The notes under the pieces were generated by a model, which did not search any database, had not been told where the DNA came from, and saw nothing but the letters and a program-made list of their open reading frames with translations. From NCBI GenBank assembly GCA_035084275.1, contig CM068745.1:16740001-16804000 (forward strand): 64,000 bases of DNA. Reading direction: 5' to 3'. This DNA is from Hydrolagus colliei (lineage: Eukaryota). Positions 11,939-23,599 of this stretch are shown one piece after another. Both the position numbers and the translations under genes were made by a program. Numbering within the stretch: the first letter of the stretch is position 1; each line of letters starts with the position of its first letter.

Positions 11939-12300
11939 GGAGCTCCTGTGGCTCAGTGGTTAGAGTACTTGTCTTGCAAGCTGGGGAAACCAAGCTGGGG
12001 AGACCTGTGTTCGAATCCAGGCAGGTCAGAGCGAAACCTTGGGCAAGTTTCCTTACTCCACACGCCTAATAATAATCCCTAAAAAAAAACACAATGATAA
12101 AATTGGTCATTTCAATCCACGACTGTGTGTGGGACACCGCTGTGCGCAATTGGCTGCCGCGATTCACCGACAAATATATACAGTCAATTCACTTTACAGT
12201 ATATTCTGTGAAGCGCTTTGGGACGTTGATAAGATGTGGAAGCGCTATATCAAATGCAAGGATTATTATTATTATTATTATTATAAGGATTATTATTATA
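11939..12300 (+). mobile_element. tRNA-derived SINE (short subfamily), with a small duplication in the head
   Basis: GTGGCTCAGTGGTTAGAG A box, GTTCGAATCC B box, CAAGCTGGGGA present twice, and a duplicated (TTA)n tail. Confidence 0.9.
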
Positions 12301-12336
12301 CATTTCTTTTATATAAATACTTGTAATACTTGTAAG

Positions 12337-13007
12337 TAGGGTCCGTCGATATGGAAATTTTCCAATTTAGATATATCGATGGGCTCATATCGAGATATAC
12401 CGAAATATTGATATTTTCGGGTTTTTCGTACTGCGCATGCGTGCACGGTGCTCGCATTCGGGGCCTATCTCCTCAGGAGGTAAATATCTTTCTCTCTCTG
12501 TGTCTCTCACACTCACTCTCTCCATCTCTGTGTTTTTCTGTTTGTGTCTCTGTGTCTCTCTCCTCTCTCATATCCCCCCCATCTCTATCTATCCGTATAT
12601 TATCACATCCACCCCATCGCTCCCATCCCTCCCCCCGCCAGCGTCCCTCTCTCCTCACCCCCCGCCGACGTCCCTCTCTCCCCCCCCCCCGCCGTCTCTC
12701 TCCCCCACCACCACTCCCAGCCGTCTCTCTCCCCCTCCCCACCCCACCCGTCTCTCTCCCCTCACCCCTTGCATACCTGTATATTGTATTCTAGAACTAT
12801 GAATACAATATGGTGGCTTTGCACCTCGGTCTGTGCATTGTGTATAGAGATGAGCATTCTGGGTCTTGTAATTCAGTGTGCGCGCATTCCGATTTTTTCC
12901 CTCGTCGATTTTTCGATATATCGATATTTTTGAAATACCTATATCGGCATATCAATATGAAAATTATATCGGGTTTTAGCGATATATCGATATATCGCCG
13001 GACCCTA
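12337..13007. mobile_element. Non-autonomous hAT-type MITE, copy 2, inverted relative to copy 1
   Basis: TIRs TAGGGTCCGTCGATAT / ATATCGCCGGACCCTA and a perfect 8-bp TSD CTTGTAAG (12329-12336, 13008-13015). The internal sequence is the reverse complement of 3838-4596 with indels. Confidence 0.92.
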
Positions 13008-15059
13008 CTTGTAAGTGTTTGATACAAGTTTTGTTTCAATTGAATGAACGTTTATATGGTCTATAGTGCAAACATATCCAAATCACCCAAATTCCTAGAC
13101 ATCTTGATCCAAGTATAAACTGGCTTGACATAGAGGTATTGCCAGGAACAGTACAATCGAGGATTGCAGGATTGTATTTTCTCCTGTTGGCTGGATTTAT
13201 AACCACCAAACAAATTAAAAATATGCATCAACCTCTTTCGTCTGCTTTGTCCTTGCCAAACATATTCAAAAGCGGATACATTAAATGCCGTGAACTGAAA
13301 TAGTAAATGCTTGGTTCATGTACGCAAGTCATTGATTTGGGGAATTGGGTCAGTAAGGCTTTCTATCTGTTAAATGCACTCTAACAATTTTACCTACTTC
13401 CATCTGGATTAATCCCTATTAATATTTTTCAGGTCAGACTCCTTGTCTACATAGTCTAACTAGGCTTCTTCCAGAGTTTTAAGTGAACAAGACTCACTAC
13501 TAGACCATTGGAGCCAGTATTACACTGATCAGATCAATTACAAATTTCAGCCAGTGGAAGAATATCTTAGATTGATCAAATGGTTTTGTGAATATTTACT
13601 GGTGGATAAAGAGCACAGATCCATCTCCATCTCTCAAATGACCCTCCTAGCATCCTGGAAAGTCTTGTCATATCCAAGCTTAGCACAATCTTCAAATTCT
13701 CTGAAGAAGCATCAAGTATAGATTTTAAACATTTTCTACTTTACCCCAATTTTCTCCTTCCCTTTACAAATACCTCGATATGCAGACAGCCATGGATAAG
13801 CATCTAGAAAACTGCAGCTTCAGTTTACCTTTAGCCTAAGTTAGAGAAGCAAAAAATAAATTGGCTGCAGCATCAATTTGGATTTATATAGCGCCCCTTC
13901 ACATGCGGTAGCGCCCCAGAGCACTTCACAGTCGCAGAGTCTGACAACGAGCCAAGCAGTAACTACCTTTAAGGTTATGCCCATCAGCAGTCACCCAAAT
14001 CCTCACTCAGACTTCATGACTTAATGTCTTTTCCCAAGCAATCTTGAAGCACACACACATGTATATGTTTTACCAGACAACAGCATTTTGGGAATCCAGC
14101 AGCAGAATGAAGCACTCCCTGTGCAGATAGTGCCTCAATGACAGGCTTTATCTGAACAAATTTTCCAGATCAAGGTTATCATTGGCCTTCAATCCTTCAA
14201 AAGGTTCTAACAAGTTTTCACGTAGTCTCCTCTTTTTCAATGAGAAGAATCCCAACTTCTTTAAGCTTTCTTCGCACATGGGATTTCTATGATTGGGTGC
14301 CATAAACATAGAACTGCATACAACAGGCTATTCAACAAAATAGCCCAGGCCAAATAGTGTGTATTCCACACAAATATTCACCCTTACTATTCCCATCTCT
14401 AATACCCCTCTATCCCATTCTCCCTCATGTATGTATCACTTTCATCTTAAATCCTTTAGCCAACACTATAGTCCATCTACTACTCTTCCTTTAATACTGT
14501 ATTGTGACCAGCACTTCATATGGGGACTGGGGAACTTGCCATTACCTTATTTACACAGCACAAAATTACTTTAGATTAAACCAAAGACAGTTACAGAAAA
14601 TAATACCCTGTTATTTACTGTACATAAAGGAAAATGTACATATTTTGATTCATGTACAGTAAATAACAAATAACAAGGTTTACTGGTTGAAGAATGATAT
14701 AACTGCTGACTAGGCCAGGCCCTCAGAGAATTGCACACTGTTCATCATCACTGTTGCCTGAGGTCGATAGTTAACGTACAAATAAGTTAGGCCTCTCTCT
14801 CTGCAGCTAAACTGCAGTCTGCAGTCTTCACAGCAGACACTGAATGTCATACACAGCCATAGTTCTGACTGCTAATGTATTTGTGGATTTAGTTTCTGCA
14901 GCATCCGCATTGCCATCAGCAGCCCGCATCATCAGGGGAGGATAACCTGGGTGTTAATTGAAGAATTAGATTTTATTAATAATAATCCTTCCATTTGTGT
15001 CATCCTTTCATGTCAGGAGGACTCTCAAAGCGCTTCATACGATTTACTGTAAAGTGTGT

Positions 15060-15480
15060 AACAACAACTTGCATTTATATAGCACCCTTCATGATGGCTT
15101 GCCAGTGGCAAGGTTTGACAATGAGCCAGGGGGAGAGAGGGAGATGGGAGGTAACCATGAACACGTTCAAAAAGGAAGGTGTTTAGCTAGGATTTGAAAG
15201 TAGGGAGGGAGTGGGCAAGGTGGAGGGATCGAGGGATAGAGTTCCAAAGTTTTGAGGCATCGGGGCTGAAGGCACAGCCACCGGAGGGGACAAAGGCAAA
15301 ACAGGAGGCTGGAGCCAGCTGAGTGGAGGCAGCGCTAGTGGAGTGCAGGGGGTAAGCAGTAGGTAGAAAGGTGCAACGGCATGAAGGTATTTGAAAATGA
15401 TCCGTTTGGGAATTGGGAGCCAGTGTCGGCTGACTAGGAACTGGTGTGATGGGGGTACAGAGAAGGGGTGCAGGTGAGTA
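15060..15480 (-). mobile_element. L2 LINE 3' fragment
   Basis: HWLPIPKRIIFK / AFSPDASKLWNSIP..FKS motifs and a (TTG)n tail. Confidence 0.75.
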
Positions 15481-15504
15481 TCCTGCAAACAATCCTGCTC
15501 TTAT

Positions 15505-15585
15505 AGACTCAGATGGGCCGAATGGCACAGACTCGATGGGCCGAATGGCCTCCTTCTATGCCGTAACACTCTATGATTCTATGAT
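15505..15585 (+). mobile_element. CR1 3' tail with an internal duplication
   Basis: AGACTC(A)GATGGGCCGAATGGC occurs twice, followed by CTCCTTCT and CTATGATT terminal repeats. Confidence 0.75.
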
Positions 15586-15624
15586 ATACATTTTATAAAT
15601 ATAATATGCCATAGAACAGAGCCA

Positions 15625-15956
15625 TAATAATAATTATTGCATTTCATATAGTGCCTTATCATGTCTTCAAGACATCTGAAGGTGCTCACAGAAATATTGT
15701 ACATTTTGTCATAGAAATGCAGCAGCCAATTGCGCACAGTAGTGTCCCACAATCAGCCTATTATTATTATTTTTTAAGGAATTATTACCCCAGAAAAGCA
15801 AGTAGCTAATCAACTAACAACCAGGTTGCCACTTACTGCTAGGTGAACAGAGGCATGTGGAGTAAAGAGACTTGCCCAACATTTCGCCCTGCCGGGAATC
15901 AAACCCAGGTCTCTCACTTGCCAGGAGAGGCTTCAACCACTGAGCTGCAGGACTCC
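15625..15956 (-). mobile_element. tRNA-derived SINE (long subfamily)
   Basis: GGAGTCCTG head with A and B boxes. Contains the extra CTCTGTTCACCTAGCAGTAA...GGTTGTTAGTTGATT segment. Confidence 0.85.
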
Positions 15957-16584
15957 ATGTGAAGCTCAAGGACATCCAAGGCAGAGAGACAATGCAGTTT
16001 TTGAGTCACATGTGGCTACATTCCTACTACAGCATCTATCACCTTTATACTAAATCACCAGAGTTACATCTGCATCTCTTGTGCACTTTTAACGATTATT
16101 CAGCATGACTCTTACACTGGATCAACGTGTAAAATGCAACAACATTTCTTCTTCAGAGTGATACACACTGAAGCCCATCTGCACAAATCAACTTGAGGAG
16201 GTACTTTTGCTAGGGCACTGATTTGACCTGTGGTAATATGAACACAGATGGCATCAAAAAATTCTGTTAAAAAGTCTGGTTTGATGGCAGAAAACTTTAA
16301 GAGGCCATGGTTAATGTTACTGCATTAAATTGCTGGCCATGCTCTCAACTATTCATAACATGAAATTAATTAACAAATGATAGCCGATGGCTACTGGATA
16401 TTGCCTGGCACAGACTAGGCCTGTATCCATCCTGTATCACTCTGCATTGATGCTTCTTTGCAACCAACCCTCCCCACTTTGAATTCAGAGCCAGGTAAGA
16501 ATGAGTTTACTGGATCCAAATCACATTACTGTTGACAGTAATGTAATTTATGACATCAACGGCTGGCTTTTCAGCCTATTTATC

Positions 16585-16840
16585 CCTATGCTTTGGAACT
16601 CCATCCCACAATCCCTTCACATTGCTCCCTCCCTTGCCTCCTTCAAGACCAGTCTCAAGAACCTCCTCTTCGACTGTGCCTTCAGCCATCATGTCACCTC
16701 TCTGCCCTCCCTCATCCCAACCCTGCTCACCCACTCCCCCACCCATGCCCGGATCCTGCCCCATTACTGTTCAGTGCCTTGTGACATCCTCCCGATGTGA
16801 AAGGCGCTCTACAAAATGTAATTTTGTTGTTGTTGTTTTG
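16585..16840 (+). mobile_element. L2 LINE 3' end
   Basis: LWNSIPQSL...FKTSLKNLLFDCAF, then GACATCCTCCCGATGTGAAAGGCGCT and (TTG)n. Confidence 0.85.
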
Positions 16841-17014
16841 AAGTTATAGTCAAGGCTGATACTCCATTGTAGTGCTGGGAATGTGCTGGCTTGTCAGTTG
16901 TGCTATGCTTCAAATGAGACATTAAATCAACACAACAACAACAAAATTACATTTATAGAGTGCCTCTCATGTCGGGAGGACGTCAAGGTCAAGGTCAAAA
17001 TCAAGGTCCCATCT

Positions 17015-17340
17015 GGAGTCCTGTAGCTCAGTGGTTAGAGCGCTCGCCTTACAAGCGAGAGACCTGGGTTCTATTCCTGGCAGGGTGAAATCTTGGGTAG
17101 GTTTCCTTACTCCACATGCCTAATAATAATCCCTCAAAAAAAAACAATAATAAATTGGTCATCTCAATCCAAGATTGTTTGTGGGACACTGCTGTGTGCA
17201 ATTGGCTGCCAAGTTGAACCCACATATATGCAGTCAATTTACTTTACAGTATACTCTGTAAAGCGCTTTGAGATGTCTAGAAGACATGAAAAGCGCTATA
17301 TCAAATGATTATTATTAATCAAAGGATTATTATTTATTAT
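17015..17340 (+). mobile_element. tRNA-derived SINE (short subfamily)
   Basis: GGAGTCCTGTAGCTCAGTGGTTAGAGCG head, B box, body and (TTA)n tail. Confidence 0.9.
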
Positions 17341-17954
17341 TATCTGGTACTTTGATTTGGGAAGCAGCTTTTTTTAAAACAATAACTTATTTTGTTTTTT
17401 TATTATGTTAATTGATTGAGATCTTTTGATGTTCCCGATTTTCACCCAATGTAAACAGGATTTGTATTGTGACGATTGTTTCCCCCCAATTTTCTCTTGT
17501 CCTCGGCCACTTCGGGTGCAAAATATACAGTCGCTTTCTTGATGGAGCTCCTCTGCTGCTTTGAAAGGCACCTGTCCCTTTGGGGTGGAATTGATTAAAC
17601 TTTCCACCTCTACAAGTACCATTGCCCTGAGCACCAACTGATGCTACAGGAATAATTAAAAGAAGGCAACAGTTCCAAGCACCATGAGTCTCACATGAAA
17701 TCCAGAGTTTTAGACCACAATAGCGAATTGCGTTCCTGGGGGGCAGTTGATATGCAGAGAAGCTGAACAAAAGATGCTGGAGCACATTCAAAGTGATTCT
17801 ACAATATCAGCACATGGCAGAATAGAGAGCAACCACATAGATCATGACATAACCATTAGTCACTAAGAATTTTCCAAGAAGAACATTTTCCACCACTCAT
17901 TTGATCCAAACATCCTTTCCAAAGTATTAAATCAGTAAAGTTATCAAATTCAGA

Positions 17955-18047
17955 TGAAACGTTGACTCACTTTCCTTTCTCCATAGATGCTGCCTGACCT
18001 GCTGAGTGTTCCCAGCAATTTCTGTTTTTGTTTCAGATTTCCAGCAT
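17955..18047 (+). mobile_element. Penelope-like element terminal remnant
   Basis: GAAACGTTGACTCACTTTCCTTT..CCATAGATGCTGCCTGACCTGCTGAGTGTTCCCAGCAATTTCTGTTTTTG, near-identical to 32822-32900. It resembles the terminus of chondrichthyan Penelope-type repeats as I recall them. Confidence 0.55.
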
Positions 18048-18709
18048 TCCCTTAGATTGCCATGGTCTCACAATCTAAACTTGTGTCCTAGACTACAATC
18101 AATTACAGTTTCTTGAGTTGAGAAACTTTTGTATCAATAGTAGCCATGTACATTAGTAGCCATCACTTCTCAAAGCCAGTAAAACAAGAGCTCCGAGATG
18201 CCATCTGTCATGTTGTTGTTGCAGTAAGTGTGGGATGGTACTCCATTCGAAACAAGATTTTAGAATTAAAGAACTAAAGAAGCTGACACCTTCAAAAGAA
18301 GGCCCATCCTCCCTGTACTGGCTCTTTCGAGAGCAATCCCTTCAGTTTACCTACCCTTTCCCTTAGCTGCAGAAGATCTAGTAAGAGTGTGTTCCAACAG
18401 TACATAGAACTCACTTTGGTCTAAAGCAAAGAAATGTATGGTACACACTCAGCAAAAATAGATGACAACAAATAATTTTTCATTTTAAAGAATGTTAAAT
18501 TTGCCATGTTGGTTTTTACAAGTCTTACATATTCTTATACTAATATACAACAGCTGTAAATCAGCCGCAGTCTTAAAACAATCTTAATCACCAGAATTCA
18601 CAGTGTAAAATATCAGGAGTTTGTACCTTATCTGTTAATGAGGGCCTGTTAAACCCTCCAAGACACTGTTCTGGGTGAGGAGGACTATATAAATGCAAGT
18701 TATACAATA

Positions 18710-19060
18710 TAATAATAATCCTTGCATTTGATATAGTGCTTTTCATGTCTTCTAGATATCTCAAAGTGTTTCACAGAATATACTTTTGAATTGAATTGTC
18801 TGCATATTTGTGGGCAGCCAATTGTGCACAGCTGCGTCCCACAAATAGTCATGGAATGAAGTGACCAATATTTTTTAAAAGGAATTATTATCCCTGGAAA
18901 AGCGATCTGCCAATCGACTAACAACCGGGTTCCTCCTTATTACTAGGTAAGCAGAGGCCTGTGGAGTAAGGAAACATGCCCAACATTTCACCCTCCAGGA
19001 AAAGAACCCAGGTCTCTCATTTGCAAGTCGAATGCTCTAACCACTGAGCTACAGGATTCC
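18710..19060 (-). mobile_element. tRNA-derived SINE (long subfamily)
   Basis: Full head with A and B boxes, the extra ~63-nt internal segment (18893-18955) and a (TTA)n tail. Confidence 0.88.
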
Positions 19061-20380
19061 ATTGTTGTTGTTGTTATTAAGGTTTTTACAGTGATAAAAG
19101 AAAATATTTATGCTGGGGGGAAAGAAGGCCTAAGGAATGTCAATAAGAATTGAGTGCTGATTGTGTTTTTTTATTTTAGATTCCATCATTGCTACAAATT
19201 TGAATCCTAGGTTGTTACATTGCAAATGAAATTCAGAGGTACTTTTAAAAAAATCTCTAACTGCAATATTATGATTCGTTTAAAAAAAAATTAGTCACTT
19301 CCAGTGTCCTGGCAAACAATCCCACCAAATAAGATTCGACATTCACTTCATAACTCTTTGTAGGACATTGCTGTACTCAAATTGGCTGCCTGCAAAATAT
19401 GGACACAATACTCTATAGATATCCTGTGAAGCACTTTGAGAGATTCTTCCAACATGAAAGGTGCTATACCAAATGTAAGAATTAGTATTATTTAATATTA
19501 AAATCAAAGCAATTGTATTGTCAAAATTAATAAAAAGAAGTAGCTACATTTTGTTTTGTAGCAAATTATTAAGTACAAATCTGTCTTTGGTAACTTGAAC
19601 TACTAACCTGGCACTTTCACACCTCATAATTAATTAAGGTGCTGGGTTTGTTGTTCTTTACATCCTTATAGCAGTAGTTTTATGGAGTAGCATGACTCAA
19701 AATCAGTTCTTGATGATAATAACAATAATAATAATCCTCGCATTTTATAATAATTTGCTAATAACAGCTCACATAATAATAATGATCCTTGATGTAGCAT
19801 CTTATTACGTCATTGGGATGTCTCAAAGCACTTCACCGAATGTACAGTACTGTAAAATTGATTGATTTTATATTTTGTGGGCTAATCGCTGCTTTCTCAT
19901 TGAATGTTCTGTATCGGATCACCCTGCCATCAGATATGCTCTTAGTGGATGCCTCAGCGGTAATGCACCAGATCTTTGATGGATGATTACCGCAGTTTGC
20001 TGCATTAAAACCTGGGGGAACTGTCACCACAGAGAGAGAGAGAGAGAGAGAGGGGTGGGGGGGGGGGGGGGGGGTGACTGTTCCCTAAGCCCTGCACCTT
20101 GCAGTCCTGAAGCAACAAAGGAACAGAAGTAGCCCCACCTGCTGAGACCATAGCATTTGCAATCCCAGGACAGGAGGTCAAGACAAAGACGTCACCTTTC
20201 TGTGGACCTGCTTTGCAGTCAAGCAGCCCTACCTCTTGCAGTTTATCAGATGGTATTCGATTTATCTAATACCACAGTGCACACCCGATGTTTTAATGTA
20301 AAGCAGAAGCAACCCATCCTTCTCTTCTGCTGCACATTAATGCAGAGATCCTTTTTTTAAAATTAAAAAATAGTACTTAC

Positions 20381-20705
20381 ATCAGGCGATCCAGATTTTC
20401 CTTTCTCCCGCGCTCTCTCCTCCCTCTCTCTCCCTCCCTCTCTCTGGGAGATTGGATGCTTCTCCTGTTAATGTCTAATAACAAAGCAATGTGCGGATGC
20501 ACGGAGGCGTAGGCAGCAGCCAGGAGCTTTAGTGCGGCCGGTGATCTGATGGTTTTCACAATAAGCTGAGTGCAGGCAGTGGGTGAGCAAAGGGCTCTGC
20601 AGCCCCAGCTCGGAACAACAAACACATGGTGTGACAAGAGACACCACCAGCACAGCATTGCCAGCCTCTCTGCAGACACACACTCACTGGTACAGGAGGC
20701 TTCTT
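20381..20705 (-). other. SACS: Probable SACS exon 1 (TSS position approximate)
   Basis: Consensus donor GAT|GTAAGT at 20381/20380 in unique, GC- and CpG-enriched sequence. It lies just downstream of TTTAAA and TGACGT motifs and upstream of the exon 2 acceptor. Confidence 0.55.
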
Positions 20706-20790
20706 GCACTGCGCACACGTCAGGGCTGCATTTAAAGGGTCAACATCCTCATAACTGGAACACCATTTCCCCCTCCCCCACACCCCTCTA
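20706..20790 (-). promoter_or_regulatory. Putative SACS core promoter
   Basis: On the minus strand: a G-rich box (GGGTGTGGGGGAGGGG), then a TATA-like CCCTTTAAATGC (about 20728-20739), then a CRE-like TGACGT (20717-20722). Confidence 0.35.
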
Positions 20791-20869
20791 GCACCCCACA
20801 AAAAAATGTGTAGGAATAAATCTGGGTCACAGTCATTATTCTGTGGTGACATCTTTGTCTGGAACTCAT

Positions 20870-21865
20870 GCCCCTGGGACTGCAGATGCTGTGGTCCACA
20901 TCGGTATGGAGGGCACCCAACTGCATCTCTGCCTCCACTCTTGACTCTGGGACCACTGCTGTCTTGACAGAATATCTGTCAGACATCAAGTCCTGTTTGA
21001 GAGCTAACTTTCTTCAGTCGAATGTCAACAAGGCCCTACTGATTGGCAGCCCCTTCACACCTCAGACACTGACAGCATCACCATCCATGGATGCACACTC
21101 CATCTTACCAAGCCAGTCCAGAAGCTTGCATCTTGTTCAACCCTCATCTATGCTTTCTATCCCACATCCAAGGCATGACCTGCTCTGCCCTCCCCCATCT
21201 CCGCAACATCTCCCGACTCCACCACTCTCTCACACCGCAAGCTGCCGAAACTCTCACACATGCATTCATGATATCCTGACTTAAGTATGCAATCTCCTTG
21301 CTTGTCAGCCTCTCCACCTCCTCCCTCCATAAGCTGCAGATCATCCAGTACTCAGCAGCCCGTGTCCTCTCCCGCACCAGGCTCTGTGATCCTATCACCC
21401 CCATCATCGCCTGACTCCATTGGCTTCCCATCCCATCCAATACAGCTCAGGATCTTGGTCCTCACCTTCTAAGCCCTGCATGGCTTTGCTCCCCCGTTAC
21501 CTCTATGACCTCCTAATCCTATACCAACCTGCCTATGCCCTTCGCTCAGCAGGCTCAGGCCTGCTTCACATCACCTTCCTCGCCCACACAGCCATTGGTG
21601 CACGGGCCTTCAGCAACTCTGCCCCCACCCTCTGGACGTCCATCCCATAATCCCTTTGCCTCGTCTCCTTCCTTGCCTCCTTCAATACTCATCTCAAGAC
21701 TCTCGTCTTTGATTGTGCCTTTGATCATCCTCCTTCCCACTTTGCCCTCCATGCTCCCTGAACCCCCAGCTTGGGTGTGAAACATTGATTGTCCGGAACC
21801 CTGGGATGTCCTCCCAACGTGAAAGCCACTATACAAACCTAATTTTTTTTTGTTGTTGTTGTTCT
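20870..21865 (+). mobile_element. L2 LINE, 5'-truncated and degenerate
   Basis: LSDIKS..ANFLQSNVNKALLIGS, HLRNISRLHHSL, AFSNSAPTLW motifs with frameshifts, plus the 3' tail and (TTG)n. Confidence 0.9.
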
Positions 21866-23599
21866 GACCACTTTTGCTTTTTGTTATTCTTTTCACTGAC
21901 GGGATCCTTAAGGTCCACCTGAACAAGCAGATGGATGGGGCTTCCGTTTAACATCACATCTGAACATCGGCACCTTCTGACATTGCAGCACCCCCAACAC
22001 TGCAGCCCAGACCATGTTAGACATAATACGCGCAATACCAAACATAGTGATTATTAATGTATGCGTATTAACCTTTCAATTGAATGAGAGAGGAAAAAAG
22101 CACCAATTTTCAAAGAGAGAGAGAAGATGGGTTGGGTCAAAAGTGCCATAGTTTGGGTGAGATACTAGACTAAGGCCCTGTCTGCTTGTTCAGGAAGCTC
22201 CTGTGTCTGGAATGAAAGATACATTTTATTCCTGTAAAGGAATAGCCAAGTGCACTTGAAAAGAAACTTGTAACAGAATAATGACTGCAGTCCTAGATGG
22301 ACAAGCATCAGGCTAAACAGTGCTTTCAATGGCAGTAAGATTTTAGCAGGTAAACAGCAGCAGTGCCGCCAAAGCATCCAATGGTGTCCCCAAGTTTGTG
22401 CCTAATATCTTCCACATTCAGGTAAGCAGAATGTATCCCTACAGGAATAGAATTCACATTCCATTCCAGACAGACATTTCCATGGGCAGAGGCACATATT
22501 GAACACTCAGTCCGGTTTGGATACTCTTAAGCATGGTGAAGGCATCAGACAGCAAGCATAGCCTTGGAGCGCTGGGGACCCATTCGACTTAGGAACACTG
22601 AACTACTGAAGAAGTTTGAATCGATTCCAACATTCTGTTGCCCAGCAGGTCACCTTGAGGCCAGCTCAGACCCAAGGAGGTCTCATTTACCTCTCCCCCT
22701 AGAAGGATAGGGGTAGATCAGAGTCGATAGCACAAAAGGAGTGTTCAGTGCTATGTCTCTTTCACTATAAAATTATATTACATTCAATGTGATAATAAAA
22801 CAGTTCAAATATCTTTTATTTCCAAATAAGAGAACTGAATGTTATAGACTTTTATTAACCTTACACTGTGCTTCATGAAGGCATTGAAAAGTCACAGGTC
22901 AGAGTACGAATTCACACAGGGTAGGAGAATTTTTCATGCAGAGTTAAAAGAAGAACAATTTACATAAAGCCTTCCAGATTAAGAGGATGTCACAAAGCAC
23001 TTCACAAAGCTGACTGTTAGACTGATTTGAGGGAACTGAGGAGGGGAGGGGATAGATGCCCAAAAGCATGGTCGAGGAGATAGGTTTTAAGGTGGGTTTT
23101 GAAAGTGGAGAGAGAGAGATCAACATCTTGCATGTTCTCCTTTGTGAGGATATCACTTTGAAGATGAATCCTGCAGTTTGCTCGATCTGTAACAGAACTA
23201 AAGAATCTGTATTCATTTGTAAAGGCCTAAAATAGCCTTTGAGTGGATTGAGTGCTTTTATCTTTCGAAACATTCAATGCAATTTCAGACACTACATGAG
23301 AGACAAACACATTACTTTAACAAAGCCAGGCCACCTCCTCCCACCAATAACATTTGATACAGTGCTTTTAACAACAGGAAGATGTATCACTCTATGTTGT
23401 AGGCAAATGTGATGAACAAATTTTCACTTAACAGTTATTCACACCTTTATGTCCAACAAATGCTTCCAGCTAAACAAATCTGTATGATCGCTCTTGTGCA
23501 CAATAACAACCTGATACTTCCAGCAATTGATTGTGGAGTTTATGCCAGTAGTTAGAGTCCATGGTGGGTGGGGCAGATTGTACATGGTCTGTGAAGGAA

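Noticed and set aside
17015-17090. tRNA-Ala-like sequences with A and B boxes (many copies)
   Set aside because: Each continues into a SINE body and tail and has no oligo-T terminator, so these are SINE heads rather than tRNA genes.
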